Sequence record: SRR22947725_1947
DNA length: 42,153 bases
Strand: one strand, 5' to 3'
Under the pieces are notes generated by a model that saw nothing but the letters and a program-made list of their open reading frames with translations, was not told the DNA's origin and ran no database searches. Shown in pieces: positions 7,974-17,402 of the stretch. The translations under genes and the position numbers were made by a program. Every line of letters begins with the position of its first letter. Position 1 is the first letter of the stretch.

Positions 7974-10508
7974 TTAACGCCATTCATGCTTAGGATATCG
8001 CCCCGCTAATTCTTTCTTAATTTCTAGGTATGAACCTAGCCAAAATTCATTAATATTGTTTGTCACTTGAACGCACCTCTCATTGGGGGCTAAGATATGG
8101 AGAGTAACTCTATGTTTTTCAAAAACTACCCGAGGCTGCTTTGAGATATCATATAAGTCCTGCAATTTGACCCGCATCACTGCATGACTGCCCTCATAAG
8201 TGATACGGTATGGTCTTTTTCCATTATTCAAAGAGAATGTAGAGGGTGTTGCCTGCTCCAACAAATCAAGTTCTTCAATGGAATAGAGTTTTTGTAAAAC
8301 AGGCAGGACTTCTCTATTTCTTATTTCTTTCCAACTTTTTGCATCTTTACAAATTTCTTCAAATAATAAATGCCTCAGGTCTGAACTAAATTGAGGTACA
8401 TTATATTCTGGATAATGAGTACAGAGGAATGAAATTTTGGAGACAAAGTGGTCCACTTGATTATCCCACTTTTTTAAACTAAGATTACCGGCCTTAAGCT
8501 CAGTTGAGTAAGCATTTTGAAAGTCTTCTTTTCCCTCGCCTTCTCTTTCTTTAACATTGAATTTAATCGTTCCAATTTGATCATACTCTCTTCGAATAAC
8601 TTGCCTAGTATCCGAGTGCAATGCGACCTCCTCACCTCTTTTTACCCTTGTTCTTAAGACATCTTTTACTATTTGGTCATTCAACTCAGTTACATGTTCC
8701 ATTTCTAGCCCAATTTTTCCCTTAAGGGCCTTTTCCACTAAACGAAGAGCTATGACCCATTCTGCTTTTTGTACTTCTGAGAATTTACTTACATGTAAAT
8801 GGATTCCATTAATACTTTCGTACATCCCAGTCCCTCTACTCTTTAATCGAGCAAGATGATCTGGGAAGGCAACGAGGAAAACCTCTGCAAAATCTCTCAT
8901 TTTCGGAAATTCAAAATGAAAGGAATTCAACCCCGCTATTTTGCAAAACCGAAAAGCTAATTTTTCCGCTTCCCTACACCTAAGAGCATGGATTCCAACA
9001 TACTTACATCGGTCAACCGAAAATTCCTCTTCCTTGGCATATAACCATACGCCCAGTAATAACCTTAAGTCAGAATCCAATTCGTTGGAATGTTTCTCAG
9101 CAAAAGTTTTAGATAAAAACGAATCTACGATCTGTTGGTTAAATTCCTTATGAATAATAGGGCTTCTGTCTTCAATTAATGCTAAGGCGAGTGCAAACGC
9201 AGGGAGACAACCCAAATCCTTGGCTAATAATAACGCCATCCCAAGTTTTGGATTAACTGGAAATTTACAAATTTCTCGTCCTTTATCTGTAATGAGTGAA
9301 TTCGAACATAACGCCCCAAGCACATGTAAGGTACTACGAGCTCGATCCAAGGATTCAACTGATGGATTATCCAGCCAACATAGTGAAATCGGGTTTTTCT
9401 CAATAATACATAAATTTAAATAAATTTCAGATAAATCTAACCTTTTTATTGCGGGAACCTCTTCATTCTCACGGTTTTCATGCTCCTTCTCACCCCATAA
9501 CCGCAAGCAGTAACCCGATGACATTCTTCCCGCTCGTCCTGCTCTTTGATCCGCCGCACTTTTACTTATTTTTTGGGCCAGTAAAACATTAACCCCTCGA
9601 ACGGGATCAAAACTCGATCTTTTAGCAACTCCAGTGTCAATTACAATGCGGACTCCCTCGACAGTTAATGAAGTCTCAGCAATGTTAGTACTGACAATAA
9701 TTTTTCTTTCCGCGGTTTTTTTAAGGGCAAATTCTTGATCCTCAATTCTCATATCACCATAAAGTGGTCGAACCAAAAGTGACTTTGCCCATGGTGCCGA
9801 TTTTATCTCTTGAATTATTCTAGAAATCTCAAACGCACCTGAAGCGAAAATTAAAACATCCCCGTCATGATTGATTAAACATTTTCTTAACTCAAATGTG
9901 ACTCGCTTCCAAATAACTTCATTCAATTGCATTGAGCGGTATTCAATCTCAACTGGGTAATTTCTAAATGATAACTCAAGCGATTTACTTTTGGGTAAGT
10001 ATTGGGTAACTTGCTCTAATGATAGCGTAGCAGATGTAACCACGAGTTTAATGGATGGCCTTTCTGTATTCTGTAATTCACGCAGCAGAGCTAACGAAGT
10101 ATCCATTTGTAAACTTCGCTCATGAAATTCATCAAATATTACTAGTCCAACACGAGATAAAAGTGGATCGCTTAAAATTTTTCTAAATAATACACCATCT
10201 GTTAAATATATAATTTTAGTATCTCTCGAAGTCTTATTCTCAAAACGAACTTGATATCCTACAGAGTCTCCGATTTCAGATCCCATTATTCCCGCAACAT
10301 GTCGGGCCAATAAACGAGCTGCTATCCGCCTTGGCTGAACGACTAAAATTTGTCCCTGAACTAAATTTTCTTTTAAAAGGAGCAGTGGCAATCCAATAGA
10401 TTTCCCAGAACCAGTGGGCGATTTTAAAACCAAGCTTGGGCTCGAATGAAAAGCATCTTTAATTTCATTAAAAGCCTTAAAAATTGGCAAATCTGACAGT
10501 TCATTCAT
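7974..10508 (-). CDS. hrpB: ATP-dependent helicase HrpB
   Basis: PTGSGKS, QPRRIAAR, DEFHERS, SATL, STNIAETSLT, QRAGRAGR and the C-terminal ELAGRYPKHEW HrpB signature. Confidence 0.96.
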   Translation of the reverse strand: MNELSDLPIFKAFNEIKDAFHSSPSLVLKSPTGSGKSIGLPLLLLKENLVQGQILVVQPRRIAARLLARHVAGIMGSEIGDSVGYQVRFENKTSRDTKIIYLTDGVLFRKILSDPLLSRVGLVIFDEFHERSLQMDTSLALLRELQNTERPSIKLVVTSATLSLEQVTQYLPKSKSLELSFRNYPVEIEYRSMQLNEVIWKRVTFELRKCLINHDGDVLIFASGAFEISRIIQEIKSAPWAKSLLVRPLYGDMRIEDQEFALKKTAERKIIVSTNIAETSLTVEGVRIVIDTGVAKRSSFDPVRGVNVLLAQKISKSAADQRAGRAGRMSSGYCLRLWGEKEHENRENEEVPAIKRLDLSEIYLNLCIIEKNPISLCWLDNPSVESLDRARSTLHVLGALCSNSLITDKGREICKFPVNPKLGMALLLAKDLGCLPAFALALALIEDRSPIIHKEFNQQIVDSFLSKTFAEKHSNELDSDLRLLLGVWLYAKEEEFSVDRCKYVGIHALRCREAEKLAFRFCKIAGLNSFHFEFPKMRDFAEVFLVAFPDHLARLKSRGTGMYESINGIHLHVSKFSEVQKAEWVIALRLVEKALKGKIGLEMEHVTELNDQIVKDVLRTRVKRGEEVALHSDTRQVIRREYDQIGTIKFNVKEREGEGKEDFQNAYSTELKAGNLSLKKWDNQVDHFVSKISFLCTHYPEYNVPQFSSDLRHLLFEEICKDAKSWKEIRNREVLPVLQKLYSIEELDLLEQATPSTFSLNNGKRPYRITYEGSHAVMRVKLQDLYDISKQPRVVFEKHRVTLHILAPNERCVQVTNNINEFWLGSYLEIKKELAGRYPKHEWR

Positions 10509-10566
10509 CCCTCAAAATTTATTAATCATACAAAATTTTCAACAGTAAAAAAGGTATTATTTTCAT

Positions 10567-10983
10567 TTAATCAATTCTAACTATTTTCGGCTTAGGTAGA
10601 GTTTTTTAGGTAGGTTAATTTCCAAGATCCCATTACTGAACCTAAATGATAATTTAGAAATATTATATAATTTAGAAATTTCAAATCTACGCGTATTAAA
10701 TTTCAGAATGGAGGAAGTGGACTTTTTATGATCATCAACTGATGCTTCCCAATTTATAATTTTTCATCCACAAAGAAGTTGAATTCCTTCCTTTGTAAAA
10801 ACGGGCACACAAACCTCAATCGTAAGCGTCGAATCATGTTCTTTATAATCCGACTCCATTATAGCCAATTGCCTCCCTTCTGTTTACCCTTTCAAACCCT
10901 CGGTCAAAAGTATTGAAAAGGGAATCGATTACATCGCTGAGGGAAGTCGAATCTAGTTTGTTTATTATTTGTATAGGATTTAT
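10567..10983 (-). pseudogene. Small heat-shock protein (Hsp20/alpha-crystallin) pseudogene
   Basis: Reconstructed (I)NPIQIINKLDSTSLSDVIDSLFNTFDRGFERVNRREAIGYNGV/DYKEHDSTLTIEVCVPVFTKEGIQLLCG*KIINWEAS...RRFEISKLYNISKLSFRFSNGILEINLPKK/TLPKPKIVRID*. Frameshift near 10851, in-frame TGA at 10764-10766, frameshift in the A6 run at 10602-10607, ATA at the likely start. Confidence 0.85.
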
Positions 10984-11089
10984 TGGTGAGTAATTATCTA
11001 GATTGATGCTTACTAAATACCAATATAAATAAACATTAAAGATAAGGTGAACAGAAACTTACATATATCGACAAGAGACAAGAAGAGCC

Positions 11090-11115
11090 AAAATGTCCCA
11101 CCGCAAGGGCGGGCA
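11090..11115 (-). terminator. Putative intrinsic terminator downstream of the Sel1-repeat gene
   Basis: Minus strand TG-CCCGCC-CTTGC-GGTGGG-A-CA-TTTT: GC-rich stem plus a short U tract, about 30 nt after the stop at 11148. Confidence 0.55.
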
Positions 11116-11147
11116 AAACTATCGAGTCACCTTGTCTCGGCAATGGA

Positions 11148-12311
11148 TTAGAAGAGTGATTTGTATGAAGACAGCAATTTCTGAGAAATTTTATCCCCTT
11201 TCTGGGAGGCAACCGAGAGCCACTCTTTCGCTAATTTAAGATTTTTATCGGTACCTTTTCCTCCTAACTTCATCAAACCTATAAATCTTGCTGCCTCCGC
11301 ATTGCCTCCCTGTGCAAGAGGAAAGAAAAGTTTGTAGGCTTTATCATAATTCCGAGTAACCCCCACTCCAGTGTAATACTTTCGAGCCTGATCCATTCGT
11401 GCGAGATCATCTAAAATTGGCTGATCTTGCCCTAAATCCAAGTCAGGACTGGAATCGACTAAATTGGTAATTTGCTCGGGTGGGGCTCCTCTCTTTTGCA
11501 AGTATTTTTTGGCAAGTTGATGATTTTGAGCAGCGGCATCCTGGAGGAGCTTCAAGCCTTCAGTTGTATTTTTATTAATTCCATCCCCGCCATCCAATAA
11601 AAGTAAACCCAATGAATACTGGGCCTCCGAAAAATTTTGTTTTACTGCCAACCTTAACCACTGAGATGCTTTGTAAGCATTTTTTTCGACACCATCACCA
11701 TTATAATATGCCATACCTAGATTAAAACGAGCAGTTAAAGATTTTGCACGTACTGCTTTTGATAAAAGATTGATTCCCTTATCCGTATTTCTGTCTAACA
11801 GTCCAGGTAAACCCCTTAAATAAAGAGCACCAATCGTTGCCTGTGCTTGCGGATAGCCTAATTCTGCAGATCGCATGAATAAACCCAATGCTCTAGTAAC
11901 ATTCGTAGGAATTACCTGGAAATCTATTTCCCCCATACAATACATCGCGACAGGATCTCCATCAGATGCATACCGTTGTAATCTTAAAGCCGCATCTTGA
12001 TAGAGCCTAGTGGCAGCAACTAGATCACCTTTCAACATAGCTAAATTTGCTAGATTATAAGCACCAAAAGGATGGTCTTGTTTAACTGCGACATTTGACC
12101 ACTTTCGAGATAATTCTATGTTAACGGAGGAACCTCCCTCACCCGATCTTAGATATATACCAAGCAACCCTTGATAATATGCTGAACCGGACTGCGCATT
12201 TTCTATGATATTTTGATATGATGTTTCCGCATTCCATCGCTCTGTTTTTGCCGACAGTAACGAATGGAAAATAATAAGTGCACTAAAGACACATTTTTGA
12301 ATATTCATCAC
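11148..12311 (-). CDS. Exported Sel1-like repeat protein
   Basis: Signal peptide; repeated SLR motifs such as ARFNLGMAYYNGDGVEKN, AQYSLGLLLLDG, YYTGVGVTRNYDKA. Confidence 0.9.
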   Translation of the reverse strand: MMNIQKCVFSALIIFHSLLSAKTERWNAETSYQNIIENAQSGSAYYQGLLGIYLRSGEGGSSVNIELSRKWSNVAVKQDHPFGAYNLANLAMLKGDLVAATRLYQDAALRLQRYASDGDPVAMYCMGEIDFQVIPTNVTRALGLFMRSAELGYPQAQATIGALYLRGLPGLLDRNTDKGINLLSKAVRAKSLTARFNLGMAYYNGDGVEKNAYKASQWLRLAVKQNFSEAQYSLGLLLLDGGDGINKNTTEGLKLLQDAAAQNHQLAKKYLQKRGAPPEQITNLVDSSPDLDLGQDQPILDDLARMDQARKYYTGVGVTRNYDKAYKLFFPLAQGGNAEAARFIGLMKLGGKGTDKNLKLAKEWLSVASQKGDKISQKLLSSYKSLF

Positions 12312-12372
12312 TTACAACAATAGGTATATTCACAAAGCGTTCCAAGCTTGAAAAAACCGTCATATTAAATGA

Positions 12373-13473
12373 ATGTATTTACTCGTGCTAGTCCAAATCC
12401 ATTTCTCTTTATTTTCGCTTAGGAAAACATTTCTATTCAGTCTTATTTTTTTGGTTAAAATTATTGCGATGGGAGACGAAATTACTTTTTCAGAAAAGAT
12501 TTTAAGTCAAATAATTGACCGGCAGGAAAGGTTTTTCATTAACTACTCGTCCGCACAACTAAATGAAAAGGAAATGACAAGGCATGCGCAAGAAATTGTT
12601 GCTGAATATGAAAGTTACCTTAGTCAAAACCCTAGAGATGAAAATGCCTTGATATTATTTGGTAAGTTCCTCCGAAAGGTTGGACAAGAAGAACACGCAG
12701 CAGAATATTTTTTAGAAGCGGATAAAATTAACCCAAAACTCGCAGTCGTAAAACAACAACTGGCAAATTTTTTAATTGAAAAAAATCGCCCTGTGGATGC
12801 GTTTCCACTTCTAATCCTAACCATTCAATTAAACCCTCAAGAGGCAGTTTACCATTTTCAACTTGGAAACTTTCTCTTTCTTTTTGAGAAAGAACTCGTA
12901 TCAGAAAAAATATTCACCAATTTATCTGCCCAATCATTTATGCATCGTTGCTTTTTCGAAGCAAAAAGCCTTCAACCTAACAACTTTGATTTTCAGTTGA
13001 GATATGCACAGAGCTTTTTTGACTATCCGGATTCGAACAAATCAAGGGCTTTAATCGCTTGGAAACAGATAGAGAATAATTTTCCTGACAGGACAAAAAC
13101 CGAAAGGGATTATTTTAAATTATGCCAAGCCAAAGTCCTACTTGAACTCAACCGTAAAGAGGATGCTTCAGAACTAATTAAAACTGTTTCTTCAACCGCA
13201 TTAAAACAATCCAAAGATTCCCTGCTGTTAAAAGTTCATAATAGGGAGAAGGCAAATAGTCCTACACAAAAAACGAAAAAGAAAAAGAAGAGTTCATTCA
13301 ATTGGAATCATAAAAACTTTATTCCATCGGATCCACACCTTGAAAGATTACGAAAATTAACCGGACGATTGATAGAAGAAAAGATGCTAAGTGAGTTAAG
13401 ATCTGATGCAATTAAAGCCAGTTATGATCAATCAGGGCAAATAAAGTTGGAACTTACTAATTTACCAAAATAA
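12373..13473 (+). CDS. Tetratricopeptide repeat protein
   Basis: TPR-like helical pairs ending in NP (NPRDENALILFG, INPKLAVVKQQLA, LNPQEAVYHFQLG, LQPNNFDF); start codon uncertain. Confidence 0.8.
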   Translation: MYLLVLVQIHFSLFSLRKTFLFSLIFLVKIIAMGDEITFSEKILSQIIDRQERFFINYSSAQLNEKEMTRHAQEIVAEYESYLSQNPRDENALILFGKFLRKVGQEEHAAEYFLEADKINPKLAVVKQQLANFLIEKNRPVDAFPLLILTIQLNPQEAVYHFQLGNFLFLFEKELVSEKIFTNLSAQSFMHRCFFEAKSLQPNNFDFQLRYAQSFFDYPDSNKSRALIAWKQIENNFPDRTKTERDYFKLCQAKVLLELNRKEDASELIKTVSSTALKQSKDSLLLKVHNREKANSPTQKTKKKKKSSFNWNHKNFIPSDPHLERLRKLTGRLIEEKMLSELRSDAIKASYDQSGQIKLELTNLPK

Positions 13474-13857
13474 ATTTACTCCACTTCAATCAATACCTTT
13501 TAGGACTTTTATAACATTAGATATCGTCTTGAGAAAATGAATTCTCTCATTCGGATTTACTCCCAATTTCATGCATGACTCGAACATAACAAGGATGTTG
13601 AAAACTCGCCACTCCGGACCTAAAAGATAACAGGGTTGGATAACCATTGAGCCAAGAATACAAATAATCTATTACTTTTGATTGCTTTGCAGTTCCACCT
13701 TCCTGTTGGCCCTTCTCGGTTAAAATTGCTTTTAGGAAGAGCCCAATACTCTAAAACAAACATTCAAAAAATGGATTAGAGCGGGTCCTGTTTTACTAAA
13801 CTCGGTTTTTTTCGGCATTTTCTCGCAAATTATTAATTAATTATTTAGTAATTCAAC

Positions 13858-14739
13858 ATGCGAAGTATTGCTACATTTAAGGAAGAAAAACTTGCACTCC
13901 GTTTTTGGAATTATCTGCAGGGGGAGGAAATTGAGTCGACTTTAGAAGAGGACGGTAACGACGCATGGGCGATTTGGGTAATTGATGAAGAAAAAATTCC
14001 TGCAGCCATTCAATTCAGCGAAAAATTTAAATTAAATCCTGAAGACCCGAAATTTAATAGCTCGAAAAAAGTAGAACCAAAATCGAATCACAAATCAGTT
14101 ATCAATCAGGATTTAAAATCACGGTTTAAAACTTACAACTTAAGAGAAAAATGGGCCAAACAAGACCGTGCGCCGGGTATGGTTTCTCTTTCAATTATCA
14201 TAATCTCGGTTGCAGTATTTTTACTGTCCGGGATGGGTAAAAATCAGGATATTGTTAGTAAATTTCTAATTTCTGAAAAAATAGACGGAACATTAAGTGA
14301 AGTACTAGAAGGACAAGTCTGGCGTGTTGTGACACCGATATTTTTACATTTTGGAATTTTTCACATTTTATTTAACATGTTTTGGCTGCACGACCTTGGA
14401 AGCCAAATTGAAAAGCGAAAAGGTTCACGGTTCATAACACTATTTGTATTAATCACCGCCATCATTTCCAATTTTGCTCAATTTCAATTTGCAGGTCCCG
14501 CATTTGGAGGAATGTCCGGAGTCGTATATGCACTTTTTGGCTATGTTTGGATCAAAGGCAGATTTGACCCGGGGGATGGTTTATTTATCCATCAAACAAC
14601 CGCACTCATAATGTTAGGCTGGTTCTGTCTATGTTTCGTGGTACCGAACTTTGGGATTGCTAATTGGGCCCATGCCGGAGGATTACTGACTGGCTCCGCT
14701 TGGGGTTATATCTCTGCGATCCGATGGAATCGTAGTTAA
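13858..14739 (+). CDS. glpG: Rhomboid intramembrane serine protease with GlpG-type N-terminal domain
   Basis: WR..TPIFLHFG..HILFNM.W, catalytic GMSGVVY and AHAGG; N-terminal A..F..YL....I cytoplasmic domain. Confidence 0.92.
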   Translation: MRSIATFKEEKLALRFWNYLQGEEIESTLEEDGNDAWAIWVIDEEKIPAAIQFSEKFKLNPEDPKFNSSKKVEPKSNHKSVINQDLKSRFKTYNLREKWAKQDRAPGMVSLSIIIISVAVFLLSGMGKNQDIVSKFLISEKIDGTLSEVLEGQVWRVVTPIFLHFGIFHILFNMFWLHDLGSQIEKRKGSRFITLFVLITAIISNFAQFQFAGPAFGGMSGVVYALFGYVWIKGRFDPGDGLFIHQTTALIMLGWFCLCFVVPNFGIANWAHAGGLLTGSAWGYISAIRWNRS

Positions 14740-14768
14740 AAGTAGTAGTAACATTCGGGCAAATAAAG

Positions 14769-16568
14769 TTAAAGTCGGACAAGTTCGTAAATAGCCAATC
14801 CAGCCCGAAGATTGGGAAGTAATTTACATGTAGTTTTCCAGTTTCCACGATGAAATACTTTTCTTCCAATTTTAAAGGGGATCTTTTGACTTTCGGGAGC
14901 TGAGCAAAATTGTTCAAACTCCCTTATTGAAAAATGATTTCTAGGCTCACTTTTCTGCCAGTTATCACGGTATACATCATTGTTTATCTTCGAGCCATAT
15001 TGTGAAAAATGGAGGCGATTTTTCCAATAGCCATGATTGACAAAGCTTACGGCAACTCGCTTGCCAACTCGGAGCGCATTTAAAATCACCTGCCCAGGTT
15101 CAGGCAGTTCTTCAACCATTCTGGAAAAAACGACCCAATCAAAAGAATTATCCGGAAGCATAGATAATGCTTTTCGTATATCGCCTTGGTAAACTGCAAC
15201 ACCTCGAGAAATACATGCACTCGCTTTATCACAGTCAAAATCGACGCCAAGACCATTCACATTCTTTGTCTCGCGCAAATTTTCGAGCAGAATTCCTCGG
15301 CCACAACCTAAGTCTAAAACTTTTTCGTCTTTTTTTACCCAGTCACCTATTATTTTCAAGTCTGCTTCTTTTTTTACATCTGCTCGAGTAATCGCATGTC
15401 GGGATTTATTAATTTCTTGACGAGCAATTTCGTCTTCATCCGCACCCTGCAAAAACAACCTGATTAGGCGAAGAAAATTTTCCGAGTTAATGAGAAAGGA
15501 ATCATGCCCATGGGGGTGATCGATCTCCAAGTACGATGCATGTTTATTTAACTTCTGCAAGGATTCGGAAATTAACCTATTCTGGGCAGGCGTATAAAGC
15601 CAATCGGTGGTAAACCCTACTACCATTACCTTTGCCTGCACGTTTTCTAAAGACTTTTCAAGTCCGTCTTCTCCTACCAAATCAAAATGGTCTAATGCTT
15701 TTGTAAGCTTAAGGTAAGTGTTTGCATCAAAACGGTCTACAAACCGTAAACCTTGGTGGTGAAGGTAACTTTCGACTGCAAATTGCTTTTCCGCTTCCTC
15801 CGCACTTAGATTCATCTTATTACGCCCGAACTTTTCTTCCATTCCTTCGTCTGAAAGATAAGTAATATGGGCCATCATTCTGGCAACTGCCAAACCCATC
15901 TCTGGTCTGGCATCTTGAGAGTAATTTCCATTGTTCCATCGAGGGTCTCCTTTAATGGATGTTCTACCTACCTCATTAAATGCAATTGTTTGAGCACTGT
16001 GTTGGGGCGTTGCTGCAATAATCATTGCTTTCTCCACGAATTCAGGGAATTCAATGATCCATTGCAAGGCTTGCATCCCGCCCATACTGCCCCCAATCAC
16101 TGAATACAAGGAGAGAACTTCTAAGTGATCCAATAATAGTCTTTGAGCGACGACCATGTCCTTAATGGTAAGATCTGGAAATGACATTCCATAGGGTTCT
16201 TGAGTTTTTGGATTAATTGAAGTGGGCCCGGTAGAACCTTGACATGCACCGAGACAATTGGAACAGATTACGAAAAATTCATCTGTATTAATCGCCTTGC
16301 CTGGTCCTATTGCATGGTTCCACCAACCTTTCCTCACAGCTCCTTCGTGAATTCCTGCTACATGATGGTCACCAGTAAGTGCATGACAAATTAAAATAGC
16401 ATTGGTTCTACTTTCATTTAAAGTCCCATAAGTTTCATAATATAATTGAAAATTATCAAGGACTCCATGAGTCATACGAAATTCATTTTTATACTTAAAT
16501 ACTTGCGGATAGACTATACCAACCTCGCCCGCATCATCTGTGTTCATTTTATCTTCTGTTTTCTTCAT
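14769..16568 (-). CDS. metX: Homoserine O-acyltransferase MetX fused to a MetW-like SAM-dependent methyltransferase-fold domain
   Basis: MetX: CHALTGD, GWW, GSTGP, GGSMGG, D (TTDWL), HGHDSFL. C-terminal ~200 aa: VLDLGCGRG, DNSFDWVV, RVGKR..VSF.N.G.W..R (MetW). Confidence 0.93.
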   Translation of the reverse strand: MKKTEDKMNTDDAGEVGIVYPQVFKYKNEFRMTHGVLDNFQLYYETYGTLNESRTNAILICHALTGDHHVAGIHEGAVRKGWWNHAIGPGKAINTDEFFVICSNCLGACQGSTGPTSINPKTQEPYGMSFPDLTIKDMVVAQRLLLDHLEVLSLYSVIGGSMGGMQALQWIIEFPEFVEKAMIIAATPQHSAQTIAFNEVGRTSIKGDPRWNNGNYSQDARPEMGLAVARMMAHITYLSDEGMEEKFGRNKMNLSAEEAEKQFAVESYLHHQGLRFVDRFDANTYLKLTKALDHFDLVGEDGLEKSLENVQAKVMVVGFTTDWLYTPAQNRLISESLQKLNKHASYLEIDHPHGHDSFLINSENFLRLIRLFLQGADEDEIARQEINKSRHAITRADVKKEADLKIIGDWVKKDEKVLDLGCGRGILLENLRETKNVNGLGVDFDCDKASACISRGVAVYQGDIRKALSMLPDNSFDWVVFSRMVEELPEPGQVILNALRVGKRVAVSFVNHGYWKNRLHFSQYGSKINNDVYRDNWQKSEPRNHFSIREFEQFCSAPESQKIPFKIGRKVFHRGNWKTTCKLLPNLRAGLAIYELVRL

Positions 16569-16609
16569 CTATAAGGATGGCAAGTCTTTCGCCGTCCGCA
16601 AGTAAGATA

Positions 16610-17362
16610 CTAAGTGGTCAAGGATTCAAGCAAAGCACCATCTATGTCATAATTACCGTGCACTGCTTTCACATCTTCTAGTTCTTCCAAATTATCCACT
16701 AACTTCAATATTTTTCGGGCCACATCTTCATCTGTTACCTGAACTAAATTATTGGGCAGGTAGGCGAGCTCGGAAGAATCGGGAGAAATTTCCGCATTTG
16801 ATAACGCCTCTGCGATTTGATCATACAGGGCAGTTTCACAAATCACTTCGTAATGTTCTTCCTCCACAATTACATCTTCGGCATCGTTTTCTAATGCTAA
16901 TTCTGTAAGGTCATCTTCTCCGATCTTTTCTTTCGCTAAAAGAAACTGGCCTTTTCTTTTAAAATTGAACGCAAGAGCACCTGCACCTGCTAAATTTCCT
17001 CCCGCTTTTGAAAAAGTACTACGCACTTCCGATGCAGATCGATTTTTATTATCGGTCGTAACTTCAACTATTAATCCTACACCACCTGGTGCATATCCTT
17101 CATAAAGGAGTTCTTCGATAATGATTCCCCCCAATTCACCAGTTCCTTTTTTAATTGCACGGTCGATGTTATCGGCAGGCATATTGGACTGCTTTGCTTT
17201 AGTAATCAAAGTCCGCAAGCGTGGGTTAAACTCCGGATCTTTTCCACCATCTCTTGCCGCTAAAGTAATTTCCTTACTAACAACACTAAAGATTTTACCT
17301 CGTTTCGCATCGACCGAGGCTTTGTGTCGCTTAGTGGTCGCCCATTTACTGTGTCCTGACAT
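16610..17362 (-). CDS. YebC/PmpR family protein
   Basis: MSGHSKW, NP.LR, NMP.DNI.RAI, YEGY.PGG, TDNKNR. Confidence 0.97.
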   Translation of the reverse strand: MSGHSKWATTKRHKASVDAKRGKIFSVVSKEITLAARDGGKDPEFNPRLRTLITKAKQSNMPADNIDRAIKKGTGELGGIIIEELLYEGYAPGGVGLIVEVTTDNKNRSASEVRSTFSKAGGNLAGAGALAFNFKRKGQFLLAKEKIGEDDLTELALENDAEDVIVEEEHYEVICETALYDQIAEALSNAEISPDSSELAYLPNNLVQVTDEDVARKILKLVDNLEELEDVKAVHGNYDIDGALLESLTT

Positions 17363-17402
17363 ATACTAAGAGGGAAAAGAAGGAATCAAGTATTTGTCAA
17401 GT

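Noticed and set aside
10649-10679. 13-bp direct repeat ATAATTTAGAAAT x2
   Set aside because: Only two AT-rich copies inside the Hsp20 remnant (ISKL..ISKL); not an array.
10764-10766. In-frame TGA in Hsp20 as selenocysteine or an alternative genetic code
   Set aside because: The same gene also has two frameshifts and no ATG at its likely start, and TGA ends intact genes here (yidC, pyrE, the HtrA gene). Ordinary decay explains it.
10984-11147. CIRCE element upstream of the Hsp20 pseudogene
   Set aside because: No TTAGCACTC-N9-GAGTGCTAA-like sequence found.
16569-16609. SAM riboswitch upstream of metX
   Set aside because: The spacer is only 41 nt with a weak hairpin and does not resemble SAM-I, SAM-II or SAM-V as I know them.
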